A DNA stretch of 64,000 nt from Squalus acanthias (lineage: Eukaryota). The notes below the pieces were generated by a model. It had not been told where the DNA came from, did not search any database, and was given only the letters and a program-made list of their open reading frames with translations. Positions within the stretch are counted from its first letter, which is position 1; the number at the start of each line of letters is the position of its first letter. The stretch lies in assembly GCA_030390025.1 (NCBI GenBank), contig CM059432.1:4526001-4590000 (forward strand). The letters are read 5' to 3'. A program made the translations under genes and the position numbers. This document shows positions 47,887 through 60,216 of the stretch, piece by piece.

Positions 47887-49893
47887 GGGGCTGGAACTTC
47901 ATCTACTTACCGCCACTCCGTAGCGCCATGAAATGGCGATAAAATGGCGGCCACCGCTCTTTCGCCAGGTGGTGGCGGATCTCGCGACGGCCGCCATATT
48001 TTTTTTTATTCCTTCACGGGGGGTGTGGGCGTCGCTGGCAAGGCCGGTATTTATTGCCCATCACTAATTGCCTTGAGAAGGTGGTGGTGAGCCGCCGCCT
48101 TCTTGTACAACTGAGTGTCTCGCTAGGCCATTTCAGAGGGGCAGTTAAGAGTCAACCCCATTGCTGTGGGTCTGGAGTCGCATATCGGCCAGACCGAGTA
48201 TTTATTCCTCTCCCGCTTTGCGCTGCCAGTTACTGTCAGCGCCCTGGATAAAAAATGGCGCCGTGGTGATGTCAATCGGCGTGCCACGCCGACTTAACGT
48301 CACCAACGCGAACTTCGACCCTAGCACTGAAAGCAAGCCAGGTTAACCTGCCGTGCCAGCGGGCTGACAGTGGTGATGTCTGCAGCTCTTAAAGGGACAC
48401 ACACCTCATTCAGGTAAGTTTGAATTTAAGGGTTTGGACTCGGTTTTTTTTGATTTTATTGAAGTGGTGGCTTGCTGCAATAGATGTGAAAAGTTTTTTA
48501 AGTGTGTAGGGAGTGCTGCTGGATGCTTGCAAGGGCTCGGATGGCAAATGAAGGCATTTGAGAAGACAGAACATGCTGCAAATACTCAGCAGGTCACGAA
48601 ACATCAGTGGAGAGAAAAACAGAGTTCACAACTCAGGTCGACAACTGAGTATTTCCAGCATTTTATGCTGTCGTTTACAGCATCCGCTTGCAGAGGGAAG
48701 AGGAAGACACAGAAGAGGAGGAATCAGACCCAAGGATGTATCCCAGACAGCCCCTTTGTGGCCGGGATATCCGGGATGGAATCATCCGCCTGCAGTCCCA
48801 CTGGCTGGGCAGGCTGCCTCTTCTTGTTGACCCACTGGCTGGGCAGGCTGCATTTCTTGGGTGTGTGAAATGAGGAAGGCACAAGGGTGGAGTTGTGCTG
48901 ATGGGAGGGCGAGAAAGCAAGAGGTGCATGCGAGAAGGAGGATAACGTACGAGGATATCCACATCTTGTGTCCTTTCAGCCCCAGTGCTGGCCAAGGGCT
49001 CAACCATGCCCCTGCCAAGAATGGGCTGCACCGTCTCCTCCAAGGGGGTGAGGTGATGCTAGGAATGGGAGATGTGCCTCGTGATTGGTGCAGATTGTTG
49101 GTAGGTGAGTGATTGGGGGTCGTGCATTGAGCAGTGTGTAAGGCTAGTGGTGCAGTTGGTAGGAGACGGTTTTTGAAGATACATTCACTGACCTTGACCA
49201 GTGGTCTGAGGTCGTGAAGCTTCTTTGGGCGCTGGAGCCAGGTGGTGGGGGCGACACTGCTGGCAGTGACGGCCTTGGTGATCTACTCCCACATCTTTCT
49301 TTCTGGAGGGCCTCCTGGCCCCTGTGGGTAGAGGGCCACTCTTGCAGTGTTGACCCTCTGCACAAAGCTGGAGTGCTGCGTGCGAGACCCTGGGTGCCCC
49401 TTCCCTGGCCTGCTGAGCCATTTGTGTTAGTGCTGAGGCAGTTTTCCCATTTGTTGAGGTTAGGAAGGTAATTCAGCCTTAACAGCTGAATATTCACATT
49501 TGGAACTTCTTTAAATATTGAATATTTCTTAAAAGGCAGAAAGGGTGGAAAAATGTATTGATTCACTGCATTTTACTCTGTATTGCTTCAGTGTGCGTGG
49601 CCCCTTTAAATCTCAGACCTCTTCATTGCCCACAATTCCCTGCGAGCTCCACAGCTTCGCTCCCATTGGCTGTGGGAAACTGCAGCGCTGGACCTGGACA
49701 GGAACTTCATCCCGGATCCCTCCAGCAACGCCACCAGGATGGCGTTCCACGGAAGGTGAGCGCTGTGTCACCTATCTCCACGCCCCCCCCCAGACCAATT
49801 TCACTCGGTTAGCGTTGCGGCCATTTCCAGTGGCCGCTAACTGCAGTTGCCGGTGACACCGGCACCTTTGGTGGCGAAGATGAATTTTTCCCC
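47887..49893. mobile_element. Internally deleted Harbinger with a decayed Myb/SANT gene (minus strand)
   Basis: GGGG...CCCC ends, 3-bp TSD CAA (47884-47886 and 49894-49896), host repeat continuous across the site, decayed Myb-like exon at ~49190-49420. Confidence 0.7.
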
Positions 49894-49977
49894 CAACCAC
49901 TTTGATGTGGGACTGGAGTCACATATAGGCCCGGTTTCCTCCTGCAAAGTACATCAGTGAACTAGTTGGGTTTTTAA

Positions 49978-50340
49978 GAACATAAGAATTAGGAGCAGGA
50001 GTCGGCCGTTCGGCCCCTCGAGCCTGCTCCGCCATTCAATAAGATCATGGTTGCTCTTCAACCTCAACTCCACTTTCCCGCCCGATCTCCATATCCCTCG
50101 ATTCCCCTAGAGTCCAAAAATCTATCGATCTCAGCCTTGAATATACTCAAAGACTCAGCACCCACAGCCCTCTGGGGCAGAGAATTCCAAAGATTCACCA
50201 CCCTCTGAGTGAAGAAATTCCTCCTCAACTCAGTCCTAAATGGCCGACCCCTTATCCTGAGACTATCCCCCTAGTTCTAGACACTCCAGCCAGGGGAAAC
50301 ATCTTCCTGCATCTACCCTGTCAATCCCCTTCAGAATCTT
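49978..50340 (-). mobile_element. CR1 LINE 3' end
   Basis: Reverse complement of 7850-8210. Confidence 0.88.
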
Positions 50341-50847
50341 TGCAACAAAACTGACAGCTTCCAGATTTTCTTTAAACTGAATTCAAATTCTCGAACTGCC
50401 ACGGTGGCATTTGAACTCATAATCTTACATGATTATTATCCAGGCCTCTGGATAACTAGTCCAGTAACATACTGAGCAATATTTTCATCCTCCAATGTCC
50501 CACACCTTTATATGAATCACAAGTTTCAGTCTCAGTCCTTTAATCTTTTCTTAATCCAGGCAGAACAAAGACAGATCCTCACACGAGGTGCGACTGCCCC
50601 AGAGGAGATACAATCACACTTGAGAGACGGACTCTATTTCGGTGGGAAAATCTTTAATGATCTTAGCAAAGATCTTTGGAAAGCATTTACTATGGCCTCA
50701 GGGCAGCCCAAAGTGCATCATGGCTGATAGATTACTTTTCAAAGTGTTGCCGTATAAGCGATTGTGACATCCAATTTACACACAGCAAATGAACGAATGA
50801 CCAGATAATCTTTTGGTGATGTTGGTTGAGGGAAGAGCATGGGTTTG

Positions 50848-51205
50848 GTGTTAGCCGTGATTCAGTGGGTGGCACTCTTGCCTTTGAGTTCAGATGGCTG
50901 TGGGTTCATGTCCCACTCTAGAGACTTGAGTACAAAATCTAGGCTGATACTTCAGCGCTGCCCTGTCGGAGGTGCCGTCTTTCGGATGAGACGTTAAACC
51001 GAGGCCCCGTCTGCTCTCTCAGGTGGATGCAAGAGATCCCATGGCACTATTTCAATGAAGAGCAGGGGAGTTGTCCCCAGTGACCTGGGGCCAATATTTA
51101 TCCCTCAACCAACATCACTAAAAAAAACAGATGATCTGGTCATTGTCACATTGTGGGAGCTTGCTGTGCACAAAATTGGCTGCCACGTTTCCTACATTAC
51201 AACAG
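50848..51205 (+). mobile_element. Deu-SINE; an oppositely oriented L2 3' fragment follows at ~51215-51510
   Basis: Homology to 6025-6420 and to 23828-24120 respectively. Confidence 0.75.
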
Positions 51206-53320
51206 AGATTACACAACAACAACTTGCATTTATATAGCACCTTTAACGTAGTAAAACGTCCCAAGGCGCTTCACAGGAGTATAAAAAGACAAAAAATTTG
51301 ACACCGAGCCACATAAGGAGAAATTAGGGCAGGTGACCAAAAGCTTGGTCAAAGAGGTAGGTTTTAAGGAGCGTCTTAAAGGAGTAAGGAGAGGTGGAGA
51401 GACGGAGAGGTTTAGGCAGGGAATTCCAGAGCTTAGGGCCTAGGCAGCAGAAGGCACGGCCACCAATGGTGGAGCGATTATAATCGGCGGTGCTCAAGAG
51501 GGCAGAATTAGCAAATTTGCTTTTGTCTTAGTGTTTAATTCACTGCCACTTCTCTTCCAGGAATGCCCACCTTGAAGAAGTTCTGCTCTTCTCTCCGATG
51601 GGATTTCAGTTTGTCTCTTTTACCTTGTTCATCTTCATTGTTTTCTGTCTCCCTTCTTGTGTTTGATCAGGTATCTACCAAAACTCACTTTCACAGCCAC
51701 ATCTCTTCCCTCAACAACTGTCTCCGGCTCCGACATATTCCAGGTGGATTCCAACTGAAATTCCACCCTGCATGTTTCGGATCCACCCAGGATTACAGAT
51801 ATCTCCGAGATATTCAGTGTTCCTCGAACCACTGCTCTCGCCGTATCCTGAGATTCACGCTCAACGCCATGCACCGCCACATGAACACTCTCGACCTCTC
51901 TCTTCAGCAGCACCGACTCACTCTATCTCAAAGTTGTCCTGGTCCGCAGTTCCATCTCATCCTTCGCCTCATCCGGCGCTTTAACAAAAAACTTTTTTTC
52001 TTCCTTTCTGGTGTCAAGGATCGCAAGCCTCAACAACTCTTGGACACCAACGCCCCTCCAGAACCTTCTTCCCCTTCACTTTCCTCTGACCCTATCCCTT
52101 CTTCCAATCTCACCCATTGCCGTGTTTTCACTATCCCCTCTGACCTTCCCCTCTCTGACCCCGAACGATCAGTCCTTAGCAAAGGCCTGAGCCTCATCCC
52201 CTTACGCCCCCACCTCAATGAATTTCGAGCTCGGCACAACACTGAGCTCTTTTTCCGCTGCCTTCATCTCCGTGCCCACTTCTCTGGCCAGGAGTCATCC
52301 CCCTGCACAGCTGACCCTTTCTCCCGTTTTCAGAATTCTCGTTCTACCTGGACCCCTCCCTCTGGCCTCTTAACCTCTCTAGATCTTTTCATTGTAAACT
52401 GCCGGCGTGACATCGGCCGTCTCAATTTCTCTGTTCCCCTTACCCACTCCAACCAACCTCCCTCTGAACTTGCAGCACTCCACTCTCTCAGATCCAACCC
52501 CAACATTGTCATTAAACCTGCTGACAAGGGTGGCGCTGTTGTTTGGCAAACCGACCTCTACCTAGCGGAAGCTGAACGCCAACTCTCCCACACCTCCTCC
52601 TACCTCCCCCTGGACCATGACCCCACTACCGAACATCAAGCCACTGTTTCCAAGTCCGTCACTGACCTCATCTCCTCTGGAGATCTTCCCTCCACGACCG
52701 ACAACCTCATAGTTCCCCAACCCCGCACAGCCCGCTTCTACCTCCTTCCCAAGATCCACAAACGGGACTGCCCTGGTAGACCCATCGCTTCAGCCTGTTC
52801 TTGCCCCACGGAACTTATCTCTTCCTATCTCGACTCCATTTTTTCTCCCCTTGTCCAGTCTCTTCCCACCTACATCCGTGACTCTTCCGACGCCCTCCGC
52901 CACTTTAACAGTTTCCAGTTTCCTGGCCCCAACCACCTCCTTTTCACTATGGACGTACAATCCTCTACACCTCCATCCCCCACCAGAATGGCCTGAGGGC
53001 GCTCCGCTTCTTCCTTGAACAGAGGCCCAACCAGTCCCCATCCACCACCACCCTCCTCCGCCTGGCTGAACTTGTTCTCACATTGAACAACTTCTCCTTT
53101 GACTCCATTCACTTCCTCCAAATTAAAGGTGTTGCTATGGGAACCCGCATGGGTCCTAGCTATGCCTGCCTTTTCATGGGATATGTGGAACATTCTTTGT
53201 TCCAGTCCTACTCCAGTCCCCTCCCTCACCTCTTTTTCCGGTACATTGATGACTATCGGTGCCGTTTCCTGCTCTCGCCCTGAACTAGAACATTTCCTTC
53301 ACTTTGCTTCCAATTTCCAC

Positions 53321-56300
53321 CCTTCCCTCACCTTCACACGGTCCATCTCCGACTCTTCCCTTCCCTTCCTCACCTTCACACGGTCCATCTCCGACTCTTC
53401 CCTTCCCTTCCTCACCTTCACACGGTCCATCTCCGACTCTTCCCTTCCCTTCCTCACCTTCACACGGTCCATCTCCGACTCTTCCCTTCCCTTCCTCACC
53501 TTCACACGGTCCATCTCCGACTCTTCCCTTCCCTTCCCTCACCTTCACACGGTCCATCTCCGACTCTTCCCTTCCCTTCCTCACCTTCACACGGTCCATC
53601 TCCGACTCTTCCCTTCCCTTCCTCACCTTCACACGGTCCATCTCCGACTCTTCCCTTCCCTTCCTCACCTTCACACGGTCCATCTCCGACTCTTCCCTTC
53701 CCTTCCTCACCTTCACACGGTCCATCTCCGACTCTTCCCTTCCCTTCCTCACCTTCACACGGTCCATCTCCGACTCTTCCCTTCCCTTCCTCACCTTCAC
53801 ACGGTCCATCTCCGACTCTTCCCTTCCCTTCCTCACCTTCACACGGTCCATCTCCGACTCTTCCCTTCCCTTCCTCACCTTCACACGGTCCATCTCCGAC
53901 TCTTCCCTTCCCTTCCTCACCTTCACACGGTCCATCTCCGACTCTTCCCTCCCTTCCTCACCTTCACACGGTCCATCTCCGACTCTTCCCTTCCCTTCCT
54001 CACCTTCACACGGTCCATCTCCGACTCTTCCCTCCCTTCCTCACCTTCACACGGTCCATCTCCGACTCTTCCCTTCCCTTCCTCACCTTCACACGGTCCA
54101 TCTCCGACTCTTCCCTTCCTCACCTTCACACGGTCCATCTCCGACTCTTCCCTTCCCTTCCTCACCTTCACACGGTCCATCTCCGACTCTTCCCTTCCCT
54201 TCCTCACCTTCACACGGTCCATCTCCGACTCTTCCCTTCCCTTCCCTCACCTTCACACGGTCCATCTCCGACTCTTCCCTTCCCTTCCTCACCTTCACAC
54301 GGTCCATCTCCGACTCTTCCCTTCCCTTCCTCACCTTCACACGGTCCATCTCCGACTCTTCCCTTCCCTTCCTCACCTTCACACGGTCCATCTCCGACTC
54401 TTCCCTTCCCTTCCTCACCTTCACACGGTCCATCTCCGACTCTTCCCTTCCTCACCTTCACACGGTCCATCTCGACTCTTCCCTTCCCTTCCTCACCTTC
54501 ACACGGTCCATCTCCGACTCTTCCCTTCCCTTCCTCACCTTCACACGGTCCATCTCCGACTCTTCCCTTCCCTTCCTCACCTTCACACGGTCCATCTCCG
54601 ACTCTTCCCTTCCCTTCCTCACCTTCACACGGTCCATCTCCGACTCTTCCCTTCCCTTCCTCACCTTCACACGGTCCATCTCCGACTCTTCCCTTCCCTT
54701 CCTCACCTTCACACGGTCCATCTCCGACTCTTCCCTTCCCTTCCTCACCTTCACACGGTCCATCTCCGACTCTTCCCTTCCCTTCCTCACCTTCACACGG
54801 TCCATCTCCGACTCTTCCCTTCCTCACCTTCACACGGTCCATCTCCGACTCTTCCCTTCCCTTCCTCACCTTCACACGGTCCATCTCCGACTCTTCCCTT
54901 CCCTTCCTCACCTTCACACGGTCCATCTCCGACTCTTCCCTTCCCTTCCTCACCTTCACACGGTCCATCTCCGACTCTTCCCTTCCCTTCCTCACCTTCA
55001 CAACGGTCCCATCTCCGACTCTTCCCTTCCCTTCCTCACTTCACACGGGTCCATCTCTGACTCTTCCCTTCCCTTCCTCACCTTCACACGGTCCATCTCC
55101 GACTCTTCCCTTCTTCCTCACCTTCACACGGTCAGCTCCGACTCTTCCCTTCCCTTCCTCACCTTCACACGGGTCCATCTCCGACTCTTCCCTCCTTCCT
55201 CACTTCACATGGTCCAGTCTCCGACTCTTCCCTTCCTTCCTCACCTTCACACGGTCCCATCTCCGACTCTTCCCCTTCCTCACCTTCACACGGTCCATCT
55301 CCGACTCTTCCCTCTCCCTTCCTCACCTTCACACGGTCCTCCCCCGACTCCTCCCTTCCCTCCACCCTTCACACGGTCCATCTCCGACTCTTCCTTTCCC
55401 TCCTCACCTTCACACGGTCCATCTCCGACTCTTCCCTTCCCTTCCTCACCTTCACACGGTCCATCTCCGACTCTTCCCTTCCCTTCCTCACCTTCACATG
55501 GTCCATCTCTGACTCTTCCCTTCCCTTCCTCACCTTCACACGGTCCATCTCCGACTCTTCCCTTCCCTTCCTCACCTTCACACGGTCCATCTCCGACTCT
55601 TCCCTTCCCTTCCTCACCTTCACACGGTCCATCTCCGACTCTTCCCTTCCCTTCCCTCACCTTCACACGGTCCATCTCCGACTCTTCCCTTCCCTTCCCT
55701 CACCTTCACACGGTCCATCTCCGACTCTTCCCTTCCCTTCCCTCACCTTCACACGGTCCATCTCCGACTCTTCCCTTCCCTTCCTCACCTTCACACGGTC
55801 CATCTCCGACTCTTCCCTTCCCTTCCCTCACCTTCACACGGTCCATCTCCGACTCTTCCCTTCCCTTCCCTCACCTTCACACGGTCCATCTCCGACTCTT
55901 CCCTTCCCTTCCTCACCTTCACACGGTCCATCTCTGACTCTTCCCTTCCCTTCCTCACCTTCACATGGTCCATCTCCGACTCTTCCCTTCCCTTCCTCAC
56001 CTTCACACGGTCCATCTCCGACTCTTCCCTTCCCTTCCCTCACCTTCACACGGTCCATCTCCGACTCTTCCCTTCCCTTCCTCACCTTCACACGGTCCAT
56101 CTCCGACTCTTCCCTTCCCTTCCTCACCTTCACACGGTCCATCTCCGACTCTTCCCTTCCCTTCCTCACCTTCACACGGTCCATCTCCGACTCTTCCCTT
56201 CCCTTCCTCACCTTCACATGGTCCATCTCCGACTCTTCCCTTCCCTTCCTCACCTTCACACGGTCCATCTCCGACTCTTCCCTTCCCTTCCTCACCTTCA

Positions 56301-56461
56301 CACGGTCCATCTCCGACTCTTCCCTTCCCTTCCTCACCTTCACATGGTCCATCTCCGACTCTTCCCTTCCCTTCCTCACCTTCACACGGTCCATCTCCGA
56401 CTCTTCCCTTCCCTTCCTCACCTTCACACGGTCCATCTCCGACTCTTCCCTTCCCTTCCTC
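53321..56461 (+). repeat. 42-bp minisatellite (~75 units) derived from the Penelope RT coding sequence
   Basis: Unit CCTTCCTCACCTTCACACGGTCCATCTCCGACTCTTCCCTTC encodes FLTFTRSISDSSLP; the RT resumes with FLDF after the array. Confidence 0.97.
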
Positions 56462-57664
56462 GACTTCTCTGTCTCCATCTCTGGGGATAGGCTATTGACA
56501 AACATTCACTATAAGCCCACTGACTCCCACAGCTACATGGACCACACTTCCTCCCACCCTGCTTTCTGCAAGGACTCTATTCCATTCTCCCAGTTTCTCC
56601 GTCTCCGCCGCATCTGCTCTGATGATGACAACTTCCATACTAGTGCCTCCGACATGTCTTCCTTTTTCCTCAACCGAGGATTCCCCTCTACTGTGGTTGA
56701 CACGGCCCTTGACCGTGTCCGTTCTATTCCCGCACTTCTGCTCTCACCCCTTCCCCTCCCTCCCGAACCACGATAGGGTTCCCCTTGTCCTCACCTTTCA
56801 CCCCACCAGCCTCCACATTCAACAGATCATCCTCCGCCATTTCCACCACCTCCAGCGTGATCCCACCACCAAGCACATTTTCCCACCACCTCCCCTTTCA
56901 GTATTCCGAAGGACCGCTCCCTCCGAGACACCCTGGTCCACTCCTCTATCACCCCCAGCACTCCTTCCCCTTTGCCCGGCACCTTCCCGTGCAAGCGCAG
57001 GAGATGCAACACCTGCCCTTTTACCTCCTCCCTTCCCACTGTCCAGGGCCCCAAACACTCCTTCCAGGTGAAACAGCGATTTACTTGTACTTCTTGCAAT
57101 TTAGTATACTGTATTTGCTGCTCACGATGCGGTCTCCTCTACATTGGGGAGACCAAACGCAGATTGGGTGACCACTTTGCGGAACACCTCCGTTCAGTCC
57201 GTAAGGGTGATCCCGAGCTTCTGGTCGCCTGTCACTTTTATTCTCCGCTTCACTCCCACTCTGACCTCTCCGTCCTCAGCCTCTTACACTGTTCCAATGA
57301 AGCTCAACGTAAGCTCGGGGAACAGCACCTCATCTCTCGATTAGGCACTTTACAGCCTTCTGGACTCAACATCGAGTTCAACAATTTCAGACCATAACCT
57401 CTGCCCCTATCTTTTTTTTCTCTCTCTCACATGGCAGCTGTCGATCATTCTGCCAGTGCCATTTACACTTCATCTAGAGTCATCTTTTGTTTCTTAACTT
57501 GTCCCATTACCATCTCCTTTTGCCTTGCACCATCATCCCTTTTGTCTCTTAATCTCTCCTGCCTTCCACCCTATCACAGACCTTCCCTTTTGTTCTTTCC
57601 TCCTCTCCCCCCTTTCCCTGCCCCTGCACTTGCTTAAAAACCTGTTCCATCTCCAACTTTTTCC

Positions 57665-57701
57665 AGTTCTGACGAAGGGTCATCGACCTGAAACGTTAAC
57701 T
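57665..57701 (+). ncRNA. Minimal type I hammerhead ribozyme motif in the Penelope 3' repeat
   Basis: AGTT-CTGACGA-AGGGTCATCGACCT-GAAA-CG-TT-AACT; stem I AGTT/AACT, stem II GGTC/GACC, palindromic AACGTT. Confidence 0.7.
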
Positions 57702-58319
57702 CTGTTTCTCTCTCTACAGATGCTGCCTGACCTGCTGAGTATTTCCAGCATTTTCTGTTTTTATTTCAGAATTAGAGGAGCGCAGATATCTCGGGGGGCT
57801 TGTGGGACTGGAGGAGATTACAGAGATAGGGAGGGGCGGGGCCATGGAGGGATTTGAAAACTTCAAAAAGTACTTCATTGGCTGTAAAGCGCTTTGGGAC
57901 GTCCTGAGCTTGTGAAACGTGCTGTATAAATGCGAAATCTTCCTTTCCTTTCTTGGATACCAATAGAATTTCCCGCAATTTTTCAAATAATGCTATAAGA
58001 TATTTTATATTCATCTGAGTTGTTCAACAGGGCCTCAGATTATTGTCGGCCCTCTGACTGTGTGTCACTCCCTCAGTACAGTACTGATATTATGTTCTCA
58101 GTTCGGTATTGGGAGCTCCAACCCTGCAGCTTTCTGATTCAGAGCCGAGCACCACCAACTGAACCAGACTGACACCGTCTTGATCTGCTGGTTGCTGTCT
58201 GGATTAAGAGCGATCATGCTTGTGAGTTGTGCGTCGATGAGTCTGCACACGTATTGGTGGCGTGAGCAAGGCACTGTGAGCAGGAACAAGCTCAGACTTG
58301 ATCAAAAAACAGCAAAGCA

Positions 58320-58830
58320 ACAAAATGATCAGAAAAAATTTGACATCGAACCACATTAGGAGCACTAGGGCAGGTGGCCAAAAGCTTGGTCAAAGAGGGA
58401 GGTTTTAAGGAGCATCTTAAAGGAGGAGAGAGTGAGGTAGAGAGGTGGAGAGGTTTAGGGAGGGAATTCCAGAGCTTAGGGCCCGGGCAGCTGAAGGCAC
58501 GGCCGCCAATGGTGGAGCGATGGAAATCGGGGATGCGCAAGAGGCCAGAATTGGAGGAGGACAGAGATCTCGGAGGTTGTAGGGCTGGAGGAGGTTACAG
58601 AGATAGGGAGGGGGTGCGAGGTCTTGGAAGGATTTGAAAACAAGGATGAGAATTTTAAAATCAAAGTGTTGCAGACCGGAAGCCAGTGTAGGTCAGCGAG
58701 CACAGGGTGTGATGGGTGAACGAGACGTGGTGCGAGTTAGGACACGGGCGGCAGAGTTTAGGATGAGCTGAAGTTTATGGAGGATGAAAGATGGGAGGCC
58801 AGGCCAGGAGTGCGTTGCAATAGTCAAATT
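58320..58830 (-). mobile_element. L2 LINE 3' part
   Basis: LHWLPV motif; same family as the other L2 copies. Confidence 0.85.
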
Positions 58831-60216
58831 CAGTTTGAGTCGCTTGATAAATGGTATCTGCTGGTAAAGGTTTTGAATTCTTCCAGCATTTAAAATAACA
58901 GATGACGGGACGTCAATCAAGTGCTACAATCTGAAATGTTGCAGCACTTGCTGAATAGGCCTTACTGACAGGCGCTGCACACTCTGAGCAGTGAGAAACA
59001 ATGAGCCGAGACTGAACTGTTGTTAAAGAGACATCACATATTATCATCGAATCATAGAATGGTTACAGCACAGAAGGAGGCCATTTGGTCCGTCGAGCCC
59101 GTGCCGGCTCTCTGCAAGAGCACTTCAGCTAGTCCCACTCCCCCTGCCCTTTCCCCGTAGAATTTTTTTTTCTTTCAGGTACTTATCCAACTCCCTTTTG
59201 AAAGCCGTGATTGAATCTGCCTCCAGCACCCTTTCGGGCAGTGCATTCCAGATCCTAACCACTCGCTGCGTAAAAAAAGTTTTTCCTCATGTCGCCTTTG
59301 GTTCTTCTGCCGATCACCTTAAATCTGTGTCCTCTGGTTCTCGAACCTTCTGCCAATGGGAACAGTTCACTCAATAGCTAAACAAACACAAAGTCAGACG
59401 AAAGGATTTTATACAGAGAAAAATGAAACCATTAGTAACTGCAAAGGCAATTACTTCTCAGAACTAAAAATGCAACACAACAACTTGCGTTTCTATAGCG
59501 ACTCTAACATAGTAAAAAGTCCCAAGGCGCTTCACAGGAGCGATTATCAAACAAAATTTGACACCGAGCCACATAAGGAGATGTTAGGACAGGCGACCAA
59601 AAGCTTGGTCAAAGAGGTAGGTTTCAAGGACCATTTTAAGGAGGGACATAGGAACAGGAGGAGGTCATTCAGCTCCTCAAGCCTGTTCCACCATTCAATG
59701 AGATCATGGCTGATCCGTATCCTAACACCATTCGCTTGCCTTAGCTTCATATCCTTTTATACCCTTGCTAGCAAAAATCTATCAATCTCAGATTTAAATT
59801 TATTAATTGAGCCCCAGCATCTGCTGCTTTTTGTAGTAGAGAGTTCCACACTTCTAACACCCTTTGTGTGAAGAAGTGTTTCCTTACCTCTCTCCTGAGT
59901 GGCCTGGTTCTGATTTTAATGTTATGTCCCCTTGTCCTAGACTCCCCCAACAGCAGAAAAAGTTTCTCTCTATCTACCCTGTCAAAATCTTAAAAACCTC
60001 AATCAAATCACCCCTTAACCTTTAATATTCCGGGGAATACAAGGAGAGAGAGGCGGAGAGGTTTAGGGAGGGGAATTCCAGAGCTTAGGGCCTTGGCATC
60101 TGAAGGCACGGCCGCCAATGGTGAGTGATGGAAATTGGGAATGCGCGAGTGGCCAGAATTGGAGGAGAGCAGAATTCTCGGACGGTTGTAGGGCTGGAGG
60201 AGGTTACAACAACAAA

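Larger units (their letters stand above)
51511..57770 (+). mobile_element. Penelope-like element (RT plus GIY-YIG endonuclease), near full-length, frameshifted
   Basis: LSKGL, KPADKGGAVV, FYLLPKIHK, GRPIAS, GVAMGTRMGPSYA, RYIDD, YKPTD; GIY-YIG NLVYCICCSRCGLLYIGETKRRL..EH..GLN; 3' UTR with a hammerhead motif. Confidence 0.93.

Noticed and set aside
53321..56461. CRISPR-like array next to an RT and a nuclease
   Set aside because: Units are head-to-tail with no unique spacers, derive from the RT itself, and the context is eukaryotic.
53099..56505. Very long ORFs (653 aa, 877 aa and many MDRVKVRKGREESE ORFs)
   Set aside because: By-products of a nearly stop-free 42-bp tandem repeat; frames switch at unit indels.
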